A stretch of DNA of 64,000 nucleotides, from NCBI GenBank assembly GCA_963727625.1, contig CAVSHR010000012.1, positions 64,001-128,000 on the forward strand, read 5' to 3'. The notes beneath the pieces are model-generated. The model was not told the DNA's origin, made no database searches, and worked only from the letters and a program-made list of their open reading frames with translations. Each line of letters begins with the position of its first letter. The first letter of the stretch is position 1. Below are positions 9,694 to 21,011 of the stretch, one piece after another. The position numbers and the translations under genes were made by a program. This stretch comes from an uncultured delta proteobacterium (GTDB lineage Bacteria > Desulfobacterota > Binatia > UBA9968).

Positions 9694-11067
9694 CTATTGC
9701 CTTATGCCTGCTGCCTGTTGCCTTTCTGCTTGGCCATCGCGCCAGAGAAAATAATCCTTTGCGATTTCCGGGAAAAGCGCATAGCTCAGGACATCCTCTT
9801 CGCTGCGCGCGAGGTTGCCGGCTTCTTTGCGCGCGTGTTCCAGCCCCGGTTTAAGCAGATCGGCGGGCCGGCAATTGATCGGCTGTTTTTTCCCGAGGAC
9901 TTTTTCTTTCATCTCTGCGCTGATCGCTCCCGGCGGTTCGCCATACAGACCCATGACGTAATTGCGGGTTTCCATGGCGACCACCGAGTAACGTTTCCCC
10001 GTCATCACGTTTAACGCCGCTTGGGAGCCGACGATCTGGCTGGTTGGGGTCACCAGCGGCGGGTAACCGAGATCCTTGCGCACTTGCGGCATCTCGGCAA
10101 GCACCGCATCGAGCTTGTCTTCTGCCTTCTGTTGGCGCAGCTGCGCGACCAGATTGGACAGCATGCCACCGGGAATCTGCGAGATCAAAACATCCGTTTT
10201 GATCTGATTATTGACCGGGCTTTCGAACTCCGCGTAGTTGCGCCGCACGGCGTAAAAATACTCGGCGATTTTGCCGAGCTTTCCGAGGTCGAGACCGGTA
10301 TCATGGGGCGTGTCTTTGAGCGCCGCCACGACCTGCTCGGTGGCCGGCTGGGAAGCCCCCTGCGAAAACGGCGCAATAGCGGTATCGAGGATATCAGCGC
10401 CGGCGTCAATCGCCGTGACATAATTCATCGGCGAGAGTCCCGCCGTGCAGTGCGAATGGAGATGTAGAGGCAAGGCGATTCGCGACTTGATTTTTTTGAT
10501 GATGTCGCCGGCCGCGTAGGGTGCGAGCATGCCGGCCATGTCCTTAAGGCAAATAATCTGCACGCCCATGTCGGCGAGTTTTTCGGCGACTCGCAGAAAA
10601 TAGTCCGGTGAATGCACCGGGCTGACCGTGTAGCAGACCGTGCCTTCGACCAGCTTGCCGGCTTTGAGTGCCGCCTCGATGGCGGTTCTCATGTTGCGGA
10701 CGTCGTTCATGGCATCGAAAATCCGGAATATATCGATGCCGTTAGCCGCCGCGCGCGCGACAAACGTTTGGACAATGTCGTCGGGATAGTTGCGATAGCC
10801 GACCACGTTCTGGCCGCGCAAGAGCATTTGAAAGCGCGTCTTGGGCATGGCCCCGCGGAGCTTGCGCAGGCGCTCCCAGGGGTCTTCTTTGAGAAATCGC
10901 AAGGTCGCGTCGAAGGTCGCGCCGCCCCAGGTTTCCAGTGACCAATAACCGATATCATCGAGCTGGGCGGCAATCGGCAGCATGTCTTCGGTGCGCATGC
11001 GCGTTGCGACTAGGCACTGGTGCGCGTCGCGCAGCACGGTTTCCATGATCTCGATTTTTCCCGCCAT
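9694..11067 (-). CDS. Carboxyltransferase (pyruvate carboxylase subunit B / oxaloacetate decarboxylase alpha type) without a biotinyl domain
   Basis: LRDAHQ, WGGATFD, QMLLRGQN, KDMAG, HLHSH, PLVTPTSQIVG; ends before any AMKM domain. Confidence 0.9.
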   Translation of the reverse strand: MAGKIEIMETVLRDAHQCLVATRMRTEDMLPIAAQLDDIGYWSLETWGGATFDATLRFLKEDPWERLRKLRGAMPKTRFQMLLRGQNVVGYRNYPDDIVQTFVARAAANGIDIFRIFDAMNDVRNMRTAIEAALKAGKLVEGTVCYTVSPVHSPDYFLRVAEKLADMGVQIICLKDMAGMLAPYAAGDIIKKIKSRIALPLHLHSHCTAGLSPMNYVTAIDAGADILDTAIAPFSQGASQPATEQVVAALKDTPHDTGLDLGKLGKIAEYFYAVRRNYAEFESPVNNQIKTDVLISQIPGGMLSNLVAQLRQQKAEDKLDAVLAEMPQVRKDLGYPPLVTPTSQIVGSQAALNVMTGKRYSVVAMETRNYVMGLYGEPPGAISAEMKEKVLGKKQPINCRPADLLKPGLEHARKEAGNLARSEEDVLSYALFPEIAKDYFLWRDGQAERQQAAGIRQ

Positions 11068-11091
11068 GCTCGAATGCCTCCTTAGGGTCGG

Positions 11092-11637
11092 CTAATCGTA
11101 GATCTCGCCTTGCTTCTCTTCCAGGCGATCTTTTTCCTTGTTATCGATCACGTAAAGCCCATCAACTTGCTTGATTTTGGTGATGTCGTAAAAATATTCC
11201 GACCTCTCCAGGCCATCATCGAACTCGTACATCTTGATGGCGTCCCAGGGACAGATTTTTTTATCCAAGCGGTCTTCCGACTCGGTGCCGATCAGTTGCA
11301 GCTGAAAACGCTTGGGCACCGCGTCCGGCGCCACCGGTTTGCGATTGCTGTCGAAAAACCGGTTGTTGTATTCGTAAAATACTTCCCCGGTCTCTTTGTG
11401 CTGCTGAATCTTGGTGAGGTCGTCGCTATAGCACATCTGGCAGCCGATGCACTTGTCATTGTCGACGAACACCCGGTAGGGTTTGAGCCCGCCTTGCGGC
11501 AGCTCTTCATACAGCAGGTTGATGCAGCCGTCCACCGGGCAGTGCGCTTCGCACAATGGCGAGCCCGCACAGCTCGAGCAGTTTTCATCCATCACCGCCA
11601 GCAAAGCGGTTCCTTTGCGTTTTTTTTCTTCAGCCAT
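11092..11637 (-). CDS. 2x[4Fe-4S] ferredoxin-like protein with a large insertion
   Basis: Cx2Cx5Cx3CP and CIGCQMC-x59-CPWDAI. Confidence 0.8.
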   Translation of the reverse strand: MAEEKKRKGTALLAVMDENCSSCAGSPLCEAHCPVDGCINLLYEELPQGGLKPYRVFVDNDKCIGCQMCYSDDLTKIQQHKETGEVFYEYNNRFFDSNRKPVAPDAVPKRFQLQLIGTESEDRLDKKICPWDAIKMYEFDDGLERSEYFYDITKIKQVDGLYVIDNKEKDRLEEKQGEIYD

Positions 11638-12451
11638 TGGCTTCCGTCCTCGCTTTCCTAAACCGTGCCCGAAGGGCGAGCGCAATCGCCATTGTGAGCA
11701 GCACCCACCAGTAGCGAATCAAGCCGATGCGGCCCCATTCCAGCCAGTAAACAAAATTCGGCGAGCGGGAAATCAACTCGCTCAGCGCCTGCTGCGCGCC
11801 GGCATAATCGCGCGACTCGCGCCGCGACTGCGCCAGTCCATAGAGCGCGCCGTCATCACGAGGATCGAGCTTGAGCGCCGCCTCAAAGTCGCGTCGCGCG
11901 TCGGCCCACTTATCCTGCTCGGCAAAAATCCCGCCGCGGGTGGTTAGAGCCGCTGCATAAGCAGGTTTTTTCTCCAGCGCCGTGTTCAAGCTCGCCAAAG
12001 CTTCGGCGAGCTTGCCCTGGCGCTTTTGCGCCACTGCGAGGTTGACATAGGCATCCGCCAGTTCCGGATGCAGCTCGATGATTTTTCGGTATTCGGTGAT
12101 CGCCGCGTCAGCGTCGCCGCGCACCTCCAACTCGATCCAAGCCAGAAAAGTCCTCGCGTCGATATGTTGCGGATTTAACGCGATCGCTCGCTTGGCCGCC
12201 AACACCGCCCCCTGCGGATCGCGCAACCGCAGCATGGACATCCCTAGGAACAGCTGCAAGTCCGCATCGTTCGGATAGTCTTTCAGCAGTTCTTCAAATT
12301 CAGATTTCGCCGCGGCCGCCCTGCCCTCGGCCAGGTCTTTGCGCGCTTGTTGCCATCGCTGATCGCTCGGTAGTGGGGAGTTGGTTTCGGCGGCGTTAGA
12401 CAGGCCAATGCTGATGAGGAGGGCCAGAACAACCAGCCACGCCCTCACCAT
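11630..12451 (-). CDS. Exported TPR protein with a C-terminal membrane anchor
   Basis: Signal peptide, repeated TPR-like helices, hydrophobic YWWVLLTMAIALAL tail. Confidence 0.82.
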   Translation of the reverse strand: MVRAWLVVLALLISIGLSNAAETNSPLPSDQRWQQARKDLAEGRAAAAKSEFEELLKDYPNDADLQLFLGMSMLRLRDPQGAVLAAKRAIALNPQHIDARTFLAWIELEVRGDADAAITEYRKIIELHPELADAYVNLAVAQKRQGKLAEALASLNTALEKKPAYAAALTTRGGIFAEQDKWADARRDFEAALKLDPRDDGALYGLAQSRRESRDYAGAQQALSELISRSPNFVYWLEWGRIGLIRYWWVLLTMAIALALRARFRKARTEANG

Positions 12452-12454
12452 TGA

Positions 12455-12640
12455 CTATTTCCACATTTCATTCGGGATCTCGTCTTCTTTGCCTTCTTCG
12501 ATCAACTTGTCGTTCCTAAAGGCCTCGCGCAGCCCAAGCCAAGTGAAGAAGATGACGAGAATCAACATCCCGACGATCGGAATATTGTCGGGTTTAGTGA
12601 CGATTTCGAGAAAATTATGTAGGCCGCTTGATTCTTCCAT
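12455..12640 (-). CDS. Small single-TM protein (KPDNIPIV motif)
   Basis: 61 aa, one TM helix, ends 3 nt before the TPR gene start. Confidence 0.7.
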   Translation of the reverse strand: MEESSGLHNFLEIVTKPDNIPIVGMLILVIFFTWLGLREAFRNDKLIEEGKEDEIPNEMWK

Positions 12641-12674
12641 AAGTCTTAAGCACCTGTAAAATCATGTTTTTTAA

Positions 12675-12703
12675 AAACTATTAGAATACCGCTGTAAAGT
12701 CAA
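12675..12703 (-). promoter_or_regulatory. Putative sigma70 promoter for the 12640-9694 operon
   Basis: TTGACT-N17-TAGTTT on the minus strand in an AT-rich gap. Confidence 0.4.
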
Positions 12704-12740
12704 TAAAGTCACCCATGAAGCCACGCACTTAATCAGTCGG

Positions 12741-14324
12741 TCAATGCTGCTGCGTATGGCCGCGTCCATGCTCGGTGTGGCGGAAGATCAGCGACTTGAT
12801 CACCACCGGCACCGCTTTGGCATCGGGCAACTCCTGGCCGATATCGATAAAATCAAAGTCTTTCAAATCGATCCCGTCAATGGAAATAATCCCGGCGCCG
12901 GGTATCAGCTCGCGTTCGATGATGTTGCCCATCAGCTTGGCGATATCGGCGTCAAAGACCAGCACCAGCGGCTGACCGTTGTCGATATGCTCCTTCATCG
13001 CTTCGACCAGACCCTCGGCGAGCGTGCGAATCAATGGATAGGAGGGGCCAAGCTCCCAACGAATCGCGAGCGCCACGGTACGCTCGACATCGTCGGCGTC
13101 GAAGCGCTGCAGCGCCCGCTCCACCGCGGCTTTGATTTCCGCTGCGGTGATCGATTCGGTCTGTTCGATTTGCGGTGTCACCACCTGCAAATTGCGCAGC
13201 GGCAACAAATCAGGGTGAGATAGGTAAATCGTATTGCCGCTCACCTGAACGGTATATTGCGACGCGCCGATGACGGTGGCGCGGATGCGAACGTCGGCCG
13301 GACGTAGCGGGATATTGCCGCCACCGAGCTGATTGACCCTGGCCCTAACCTTTTTGCCCAGTTGAATACCCAGATCGCCCAGATTGCGTTTCTCGTAGCC
13401 GTAGACAAACTCCGATACGCCGCCGGAAAACATGACCGCGTGAATCGGATCGGAAAATTCGAGATTCGGCGTGAGCAGGAGATTCTCCACTTCGGTCGTG
13501 AGCTTACCCCGCTCAAGGACCTGAAACAGCGAATCGCACAGCACCTGGGAAAACTTGTCTTTCTCAACGTCGCTGATAGTGCCGCCCAAGGCGAGATTTT
13601 CAATGCCCGCCATCTTGGCGATTTTGAGCGCGGTGTCCTCGAGCCGGTTGATTTTGCCGCGCTCGTCCATGGCGATGAGCCGCGCGCCCAATTCCACCGC
13701 GCAGGTGTCGATCACCCGGCCGCCCTGGACGATGGCAATCTTGCAGGTGCCGCCGCCGATATCGACGTTCATCACGGTGAAATCGCCGCCCTCGTGGTAG
13801 GTCATGTGCACGGCACCCGAGCCGTAAGCAGCCAGGATCGCTTCGAGGTTATGGCCCGCCGTAGCGCAGACGAATTTCCCCGCCTCAGCTGAGAAAAGCG
13901 CAGCGATCGCTTCGGCATTTTTCTTTTTTGCCGCCTCGCCCGTGACGATGATCGCCCCGGTATCGATGTCCTCCGGCGTCAGATTTGCCTTCTGATACGC
14001 TTCATGGATGAAATCACCGAGCTTGTTGGTGTCGATGGTGGTCTTGTCGACGTATGGAGTCAAGAGAATCGGCGATTCATAAATAATTTCACGATTGATC
14101 ACGACAAAGCGGCTCGACAGGGCGACCCCCTGGCGGCGCAGCGTCAAACGGGAAAAGATCAAGTGTGATGTGGATGAGCCGATATCGATGCCGACCGAAT
14201 TGAGCGTAATCCGCTCGGAACGCCACATCGGATGGTTTTCATCCATGGCAGCTTCATCATCTTCATCAAAGTCGTCGTCATGTCCCTCATGGAGGCGCAA
14301 AGCCTCCGTTTGCAAATTGTCCAT
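12741..14324 (-). CDS. eutA: EutA-family (ethanolamine ammonia-lyase reactivase-like) ASKHA ATPase
   Basis: SVGIDIGSSTSHLIFSRL, IVTGEAA, DIGGGT, TVIGASQYT, VPVVIKSLIF. Confidence 0.85.
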   Translation of the reverse strand: MDNLQTEALRLHEGHDDDFDEDDEAAMDENHPMWRSERITLNSVGIDIGSSTSHLIFSRLTLRRQGVALSSRFVVINREIIYESPILLTPYVDKTTIDTNKLGDFIHEAYQKANLTPEDIDTGAIIVTGEAAKKKNAEAIAALFSAEAGKFVCATAGHNLEAILAAYGSGAVHMTYHEGGDFTVMNVDIGGGTCKIAIVQGGRVIDTCAVELGARLIAMDERGKINRLEDTALKIAKMAGIENLALGGTISDVEKDKFSQVLCDSLFQVLERGKLTTEVENLLLTPNLEFSDPIHAVMFSGGVSEFVYGYEKRNLGDLGIQLGKKVRARVNQLGGGNIPLRPADVRIRATVIGASQYTVQVSGNTIYLSHPDLLPLRNLQVVTPQIEQTESITAAEIKAAVERALQRFDADDVERTVALAIRWELGPSYPLIRTLAEGLVEAMKEHIDNGQPLVLVFDADIAKLMGNIIERELIPGAGIISIDGIDLKDFDFIDIGQELPDAKAVPVVIKSLIFRHTEHGRGHTQQH

Positions 14325-14468
14325 GCTCGCAGTGAATTCCTTTCTTCCTGGCGCTTGTGTATCGAATTTGCATAGCATAAGAGTTTCGCTCTTGCCACCG
14401 GCGAAACCCGCCGCGGCGGGATGGACAAGGTGCTTTTTCGGCGATAAGATGCCGGCAATTCGAAGACT

Positions 14469-17400
14469 ATGGGACAAGAGGAATATCAAGAGCTGTCCTC
14501 GTTCCTGAAGCGCTTCATCCGGCGCCTCAAACTTCTCCAAGGTCTCGAGGGACTTTGCCTGACGGCGATCTGCGCCCTGCTCTTGCTCGCTCTCGGTCCG
14601 GGCGTCTTCGAGCTAAAAAACCTCTTTCCTTACGCGCCCCTGGCCTACAGCTTCGTCACCGCTGTCGTGCTCGCAGCAGTGGTCAGCTGGTCGCTTTTCC
14701 GATTATTGCGCCGACTTTCGCAGGAGCGCGCGGCGTTTTACATCGAGCAAAAGCAGCCCAAGTTACGCAATAATCTGATCAACTCGCTGCAGCTCTACCC
14801 GCAGGTTAGCGAAGCGAAAAACGCCCCGGGTTTCTCCGCGTCGATGGTGCTGGCGCTGTTGCGCACGACGCGCCATCAGGTGGCGACGCTCAAAATGGAT
14901 CAGCTCATCGACAGCCAGAGGCTCAAGGCTGGCTTGCGCTTGTTCGTATTATTATTGATGCCCGTAACGGCGATGCTGTTATTCAATCCGGCTTGGGTGG
15001 GGGGAACGATCAGCATGTTGACCCGTCCCCTCGATCACCTACCGCCAAGTCAAACGACCATCGCGATCGAGCCCCGGGGACTTCGCGTCGTGCGCGGCGC
15101 GCCGGTGACCATTCAAGCCGCCACCTCCGGCGCTATCCCCGAGTCGTTGGAATTGGTCACCTGGACCGGAATCAACGAACACGGTGAAGTTATCGGCGCG
15201 GAAAAAATTCCCATGGAAAAACTCGGCGGGGGCAAATTCACCGCCAAAATCGCGCGCCTGGAAAAATCCTTGCGCTACCGCGCTGTCACCGGCGCTTTTA
15301 CATCGGCCACCTATGCCGCCGAAGCGGTCGATGCGCCGGAGATCGCCAACGTCCGGTTGATCCTGTATCCGCCGGCCTATACCGCCTTGGGATCGGTGTC
15401 GGTACCGGAAGGCAGCGTCGAAGGGCTCAGGGGCTCGACTCTGCACCTCAACGCAGTCACGACCCAAGACGTGGTGAAGGCCGAGATCGTCATGGACGAC
15501 GGCAAAAAAATCCCGCTCAAAATCGCCGGGCGTAAACTGCAAGCTAACTTGGTGCTGTTTCAATCCCAGTCCTACCGAATCTTGGTGGAAGATGCCCATG
15601 GCTTTCGCAACTCGCCGATCACCTACGAGCTGAGGGTCAAACCCGACGGTTTTCCCACCGTCGAGCTGTTGCAACCGACCGCCGACTTAGAGGTCAACGG
15701 TGACGAAATCTTAGCGCTGGAATACGGCGCGCGCGACGATTTCGGCATCGCCGAGGTCGCTTTGGTCGTCAAGGTCGGCGACCGAGAGGACAAAATCAGC
15801 CTGCAGAAAGGCGACGGCAAACGGCTTATCGTGCGCGATCAGTACAAATGGGATCTCGGCCGGCTGGCCTTGCGCGACGGCGAGGAAGCGATCTTTTTTC
15901 TGCAGGTTTATGACAATGACACGATCTCCGGGCCGAAGATCGGCATATCCAACTCGGTGCGCCTGAAGCTCAAGAATCTCAAGGGCGAGCATCAACAACT
16001 GGCCGAGATGGTCAACGACTTGAACCGCCGCATGGTTGATCTGTTGGCCGACCATCTGGAAACGCCTGTGCCGGGTGAAAAACCGCTCACCGCGGCGCAG
16101 GCAATGGAGAAAAAGTTCGAGCAAAATCTTGCGGAGGCGCTCAAGCGCACTGAAGAGGTCATGGCTCGCACCGAGAAGGATCGCATGTCCGATTTTGCCA
16201 CCTGGACTGATCTCCAAGCGCTGAAGCGCAATTTGGAATTCACCAAGGACGAGCTGTTGCGCAAACAGGAGCGGGCGGAGACCAACAACGACAAACTCAA
16301 AGCCCGCGACGACATCGCCGCGGAACTGGAGCGCATGTCGCTTTTGTCCGAAGATATCGGCAAACGGATGAAGGCCCAAGAGCTCGCTTCGACGGCCCAA
16401 GATCTGGCGCGCACCCAAGAGCGCTTGATGGACGCTTTGGACAAGCTTCAGACCGGCGACAAGAACCTCGACGCGATCATGAAGCAGATCGCCGAGATGT
16501 CGAAAACCCTCGACGCGCTGCAACGGGCAGCGTCGCAGCTCGCCCAACAGATGCCCGACGATTTCATGAACCCCGAAGCGATGCAGGGGCTGGGCTTCAA
16601 CGACATGCAGCGCGCCCTCGACGAAATCCGCAAGAAGCTCCAAGCCGGCGACATCGAAGGCGCGCGCCAGCTGGCCAGGGAGTTATTCAACCAGATGGCG
16701 CAGATGGTCGCCGCGCTGCAGAACGCCCAGCGTTCGGCGATGGCCTCGGGCATGGGCCGCATGCAGGGCGAGATGCAGCGCCAGAGCAACGAGCTGCAGG
16801 AGATCGCGCGCGAGCAGCAAGAGATCCTGGTCAAGACCGAAGGAGTCAAGAATTCCGCCTTGAGCGAGCGTGACGCCGCGCTCAAAAACAGGCTTGAGCG
16901 CTTTCTTGAGAAAGCAGTGGCGGAGCTGGGCCAGTTGACCGAGCAGTTTCCCGACCGCGAAGGGCCTGACGATCCCAGCCTGCTGGCGAATATGGACGAT
17001 GCGACGATGAATTCGCTGCTTAAGAACCTCATCGCCAAGCTGAGCAATAAAGATTTCCCCGGTTTCAAAGAAGGTGAAGGTTTCACCCGCAAAGAATTGG
17101 CCAAGAAACGCAGCGCCGCTCAGGAGCCGCGCGCTCAGCGCGCCGAAAAGAGCCTCGATAGCATCAAGGCCAATCTCGAATCGCTGCTGGGCGAACCGGT
17201 CCGGGCGCTGAACGACGCCGAAAAGCGCGAGCTGCGTGATCTGGCGCACCGCCAGGACGTTCTGAGGGAGCGTACCAACGAGCTCCATGAAAAGCTCGAA
17301 TCGCTGTTTCAGCTGTTTCCCCAGCTTGATCCGAAAATCGTTCAAAACATCGGCGAAGCGGGCAAGTCCATGGGCAGCGCGCATAATCGCCTCGGCCAGC

Positions 17401-17783
17401 TCGATGCGCCCGGCGCCGTGCCGCCCGAACAGAGCGCGCTGGAGCGCCTGTCGCAGTCGCAGCAGCAGATGCAATCATCGATGCAACAGATGGCGCAGCG
17501 CGGCCAGCTCGGCAATATGCCGGTGACCCGGCTGTTCCGCCGAGGCGGGCGCTTTCTTCCCTATGGATCGATGATGCCCCTGCCCGGCATGCCGCAGTTT
17601 CCTGAGTTTGAAATCGAAAACGGCTTTACCGGATTGGACACCGAAAAATTCCGCTTGCCGGGCAAGGACGAATACAAGGCGCCGCGCAATTTCCGCGAAG
17701 AAATCCTAGAATCGCTCAAGCAGGGCGTGCCACCGCAAATGAAAGAACAGATCGAGCGCTATTTCAAAAATCTTTCCGAGTGA
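14469..17783 (+). CDS. DUF4175-like membrane-anchored coiled-coil protein
   Basis: N-terminal TMs, Ig-like region (RDDFGI), long Q/M-rich coiled coil, C-terminal IERYFKNL. Confidence 0.75.
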   Translation: MGQEEYQELSSFLKRFIRRLKLLQGLEGLCLTAICALLLLALGPGVFELKNLFPYAPLAYSFVTAVVLAAVVSWSLFRLLRRLSQERAAFYIEQKQPKLRNNLINSLQLYPQVSEAKNAPGFSASMVLALLRTTRHQVATLKMDQLIDSQRLKAGLRLFVLLLMPVTAMLLFNPAWVGGTISMLTRPLDHLPPSQTTIAIEPRGLRVVRGAPVTIQAATSGAIPESLELVTWTGINEHGEVIGAEKIPMEKLGGGKFTAKIARLEKSLRYRAVTGAFTSATYAAEAVDAPEIANVRLILYPPAYTALGSVSVPEGSVEGLRGSTLHLNAVTTQDVVKAEIVMDDGKKIPLKIAGRKLQANLVLFQSQSYRILVEDAHGFRNSPITYELRVKPDGFPTVELLQPTADLEVNGDEILALEYGARDDFGIAEVALVVKVGDREDKISLQKGDGKRLIVRDQYKWDLGRLALRDGEEAIFFLQVYDNDTISGPKIGISNSVRLKLKNLKGEHQQLAEMVNDLNRRMVDLLADHLETPVPGEKPLTAAQAMEKKFEQNLAEALKRTEEVMARTEKDRMSDFATWTDLQALKRNLEFTKDELLRKQERAETNNDKLKARDDIAAELERMSLLSEDIGKRMKAQELASTAQDLARTQERLMDALDKLQTGDKNLDAIMKQIAEMSKTLDALQRAASQLAQQMPDDFMNPEAMQGLGFNDMQRALDEIRKKLQAGDIEGARQLARELFNQMAQMVAALQNAQRSAMASGMGRMQGEMQRQSNELQEIAREQQEILVKTEGVKNSALSERDAALKNRLERFLEKAVAELGQLTEQFPDREGPDDPSLLANMDDATMNSLLKNLIAKLSNKDFPGFKEGEGFTRKELAKKRSAAQEPRAQRAEKSLDSIKANLESLLGEPVRALNDAEKRELRDLAHRQDVLRERTNELHEKLESLFQLFPQLDPKIVQNIGEAGKSMGSAHNRLGQLDAPGAVPPEQSALERLSQSQQQMQSSMQQMAQRGQLGNMPVTRLFRRGGRFLPYGSMMPLPGMPQFPEFEIENGFTGLDTEKFRLPGKDEYKAPRNFREEILESLKQGVPPQMKEQIERYFKNLSE

Positions 17784-17790
17784 TTTCCCG

Positions 17791-19380
17791 TTGAAGTATC
17801 GATTGTCGCTTTTCCCCGCTCTTTTGATCGGCTTGTTTTTGACGGTTCAGGCGCGTAGCGCCGAGGTCGATCCGAAGTTCAAGGCGGGCGAGGAACTGCT
17901 CGACGCCTGGCGCATTGCGCAGGCCGAAGAGGCCGCCGCCCAAGCCTTGAAGGAAAATCCCAAGTCCGCCGACGCCCTGGATTTCGACGCCCGGGTAAAG
18001 TTTTATCAAGGCCGCTATGCCGAGGCGCTGGCAGTGCTCGAGCGCGCCCTGGCGATCGACTCATCGAGCCAGCGGCGCCAGGCGCTCAAGCTCTTCAGCC
18101 AGCTCACCCTTGATGTGCACAAGAACTTGAAACGCTTCGAGAGCGCCCATTTCATCTTGTTCCTCGACGATAAGCGCGACGGCATCCTGGCGCCTCTGGC
18201 GCTCGACGCCCTGGAAAAGAGCTATCAAGCCACCGGCGCGGAGCTTGGCTATTATCCGAAAGAAAAAGTGCGCGTCGAGATCGCTCCCGACGCCACCAGC
18301 TTCAACGCCATCTCGACCCTGTCACTGCGCGACATCGAAGAGACCGGCGCCGTCGGCATCTGTAAGTTCAACAAGCTGATGATCATTTCGCCGCGCGCCT
18401 TGAGCTTCGGTTACCGCTGGCTCGATTCGCTCAGCCATGAATACCAACACTATGCCATCGTCGGCCTGAGCAATAATCAAGCGCCGATCTGGCTGCATGA
18501 GGGCATGGCGCGCTTTTACGAAACCCGCTGGCGCAAACCGGCGCCGCCGGCCGACGCCGCCGAGGATTATCTCACACCGGCCAATCAGACGCTGCTGGTG
18601 CACGCGCTGGCCAAGAATGAATTCGTCGGCTTCAAAAAGATGGAGCCGTCCTTGATCCATCTCGACACGCCGGAGCAGGTTCAGCTCGCCTACGCGGAAG
18701 CCGCTTCGGCGGTGGATTTTATCAATCAGAGCAAAGGGCGCTCCGGCATCCGCGAGCTGCTCGGCACGCTCAACGACAAGCCCACGCCGCAAGCCATCGA
18801 GCAAGTCTACGGCCTGTCCTTCGACGCCTTCGAAACGAAGTGGAAAGGTTTTCTCAAAGCCAAGGGGCTTAAAGAAATCGAGGGCAGCCGGGTGCGCCGA
18901 CTGAAAGTCAAAAAAGACGGCCGCGAAGACGAGGACGTGGTGGAGCTCCGAGAAATTCAATCCGCGGTGGCGCGCAACCGCACCCATCTGGCGGATCAGT
19001 TGCTCGAACGGGGGCGCACGGTGGCCGCCGCCAACGAGTATCAACGCGCCTTGCAGGTGAGCCCGTACTCGCCGATCATTCTCAACAAGCTCGGCCGGGT
19101 GATGATCGCGATGAATCGCCCCGACGAGGCCCTGCCGCTGTTCAAGAAATCCTTAGACGTTGACCCGGACAATGCCAACGCCTACGTGCAATTGGGCCGC
19201 ACCTATTACGCGACGAAGAATTTCAAGGAGAGCCGCGCCGCCCTCGAAGAAGCGATTCAGATCAATCCGTTCAACCCGCTGATCTACCGTTTGCTGACCG
19301 AAGCCTACGCAGCGCTCGGCGAGCAGGAGAAGGCTCGGCTCGCCAAGGCCACTCTGGACCGGCTCGTCGCCGCGAATTAA
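17791..19380 (+). CDS. Exported TPR protein with a peptidase MA (gluzincin-like) domain
   Basis: Signal peptide, TPRs at both ends, HEYQH...WLHEGMA. Confidence 0.8.
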   Translation: MKYRLSLFPALLIGLFLTVQARSAEVDPKFKAGEELLDAWRIAQAEEAAAQALKENPKSADALDFDARVKFYQGRYAEALAVLERALAIDSSSQRRQALKLFSQLTLDVHKNLKRFESAHFILFLDDKRDGILAPLALDALEKSYQATGAELGYYPKEKVRVEIAPDATSFNAISTLSLRDIEETGAVGICKFNKLMIISPRALSFGYRWLDSLSHEYQHYAIVGLSNNQAPIWLHEGMARFYETRWRKPAPPADAAEDYLTPANQTLLVHALAKNEFVGFKKMEPSLIHLDTPEQVQLAYAEAASAVDFINQSKGRSGIRELLGTLNDKPTPQAIEQVYGLSFDAFETKWKGFLKAKGLKEIEGSRVRRLKVKKDGREDEDVVELREIQSAVARNRTHLADQLLERGRTVAAANEYQRALQVSPYSPIILNKLGRVMIAMNRPDEALPLFKKSLDVDPDNANAYVQLGRTYYATKNFKESRAALEEAIQINPFNPLIYRLLTEAYAALGEQEKARLAKATLDRLVAAN

Positions 19381-19395
19381 TACAGAAAAAAAAGG

Positions 19396-20429
<1,034 letters not shown>

Positions 20430-20430
<1 letters not shown>

Positions 20431-20490
20431 GATTCCAGATTACAGATTCAAAATTCCAACTCCCGATGCAATCTGGAATCTGTAATTTAG
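20430..20490. repeat. Intergenic 7-mer tandem repeats forming an inverted pair
   Basis: AGATTCC AGATTAC AGATTCA AAATTCC ... AATCTGG AATCTGT AATTTAG. Confidence 0.6.
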
Positions 20491-21011
20491 CATTCTTGAA
20501 AATACTTTTCCCCGGCCGCTGTCAAACTCTTTTCATCTGCGGCATCGAGGTACGCGGCGGTGCCGAATTTCAGCGGCGCACTCAAGAGGCGCTCGCGCTC
20601 TTGCAGCCATTGCCTGAGTTCGCGCTCATCCGCGCCCATCTCGGCCTGATACGCCAGGGTCAGCGAAGCGGCATGCGAGCCTGGGCAAAGCCGCCGACTT
20701 TCACCGTCGGCGCGCCGACGTGGAACCATTCTGCGCCGTGGTACGCCGGCGCGATCGCCCACGATGCCTATCATGCCAAACTCTACCGGGACGTGAAACT
20801 TGCCCATCCGGCGGTGGAACCCCATGCCGATGCCTGGACCGGTGCGGCGGCAGAGAAAGCCTGCTTGGCGTTTCAGCGCCAAGTGTTGGCGGCCCTCCAC
20901 GCCGCGCCGTCGGTCATCGAGTACGTCGAAGCGCACGATCGAAATCCCACCTATCAAGGCCGCAACCAGGGCTGGAGAGGCCGGCTAGATTATCTCAAAC
21001 GCTGGTGGTAG
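20466..21011 (+). CDS. Hypothetical protein, zincin-like HDAYH motif
   Basis: WYAGAIAHDAYH plus a downstream E; start uncertain (ATG 20466 or TTG 20496). Confidence 0.6.
   Translation: MQSGICNLAFLKILFPGRCQTLFICGIEVRGGAEFQRRTQEALALLQPLPEFALIRAHLGLIRQGQRSGMRAWAKPPTFTVGAPTWNHSAPWYAGAIAHDAYHAKLYRDVKLAHPAVEPHADAWTGAAAEKACLAFQRQVLAALHAAPSVIEYVEAHDRNPTYQGRNQGWRGRLDYLKRWW

Noticed and set aside
14325-14540. N-terminal extension of EutA overlapping the DUF4175 gene
   Set aside because: It would overlap a divergent gene head-to-head; the ATG at 14324 is more plausible
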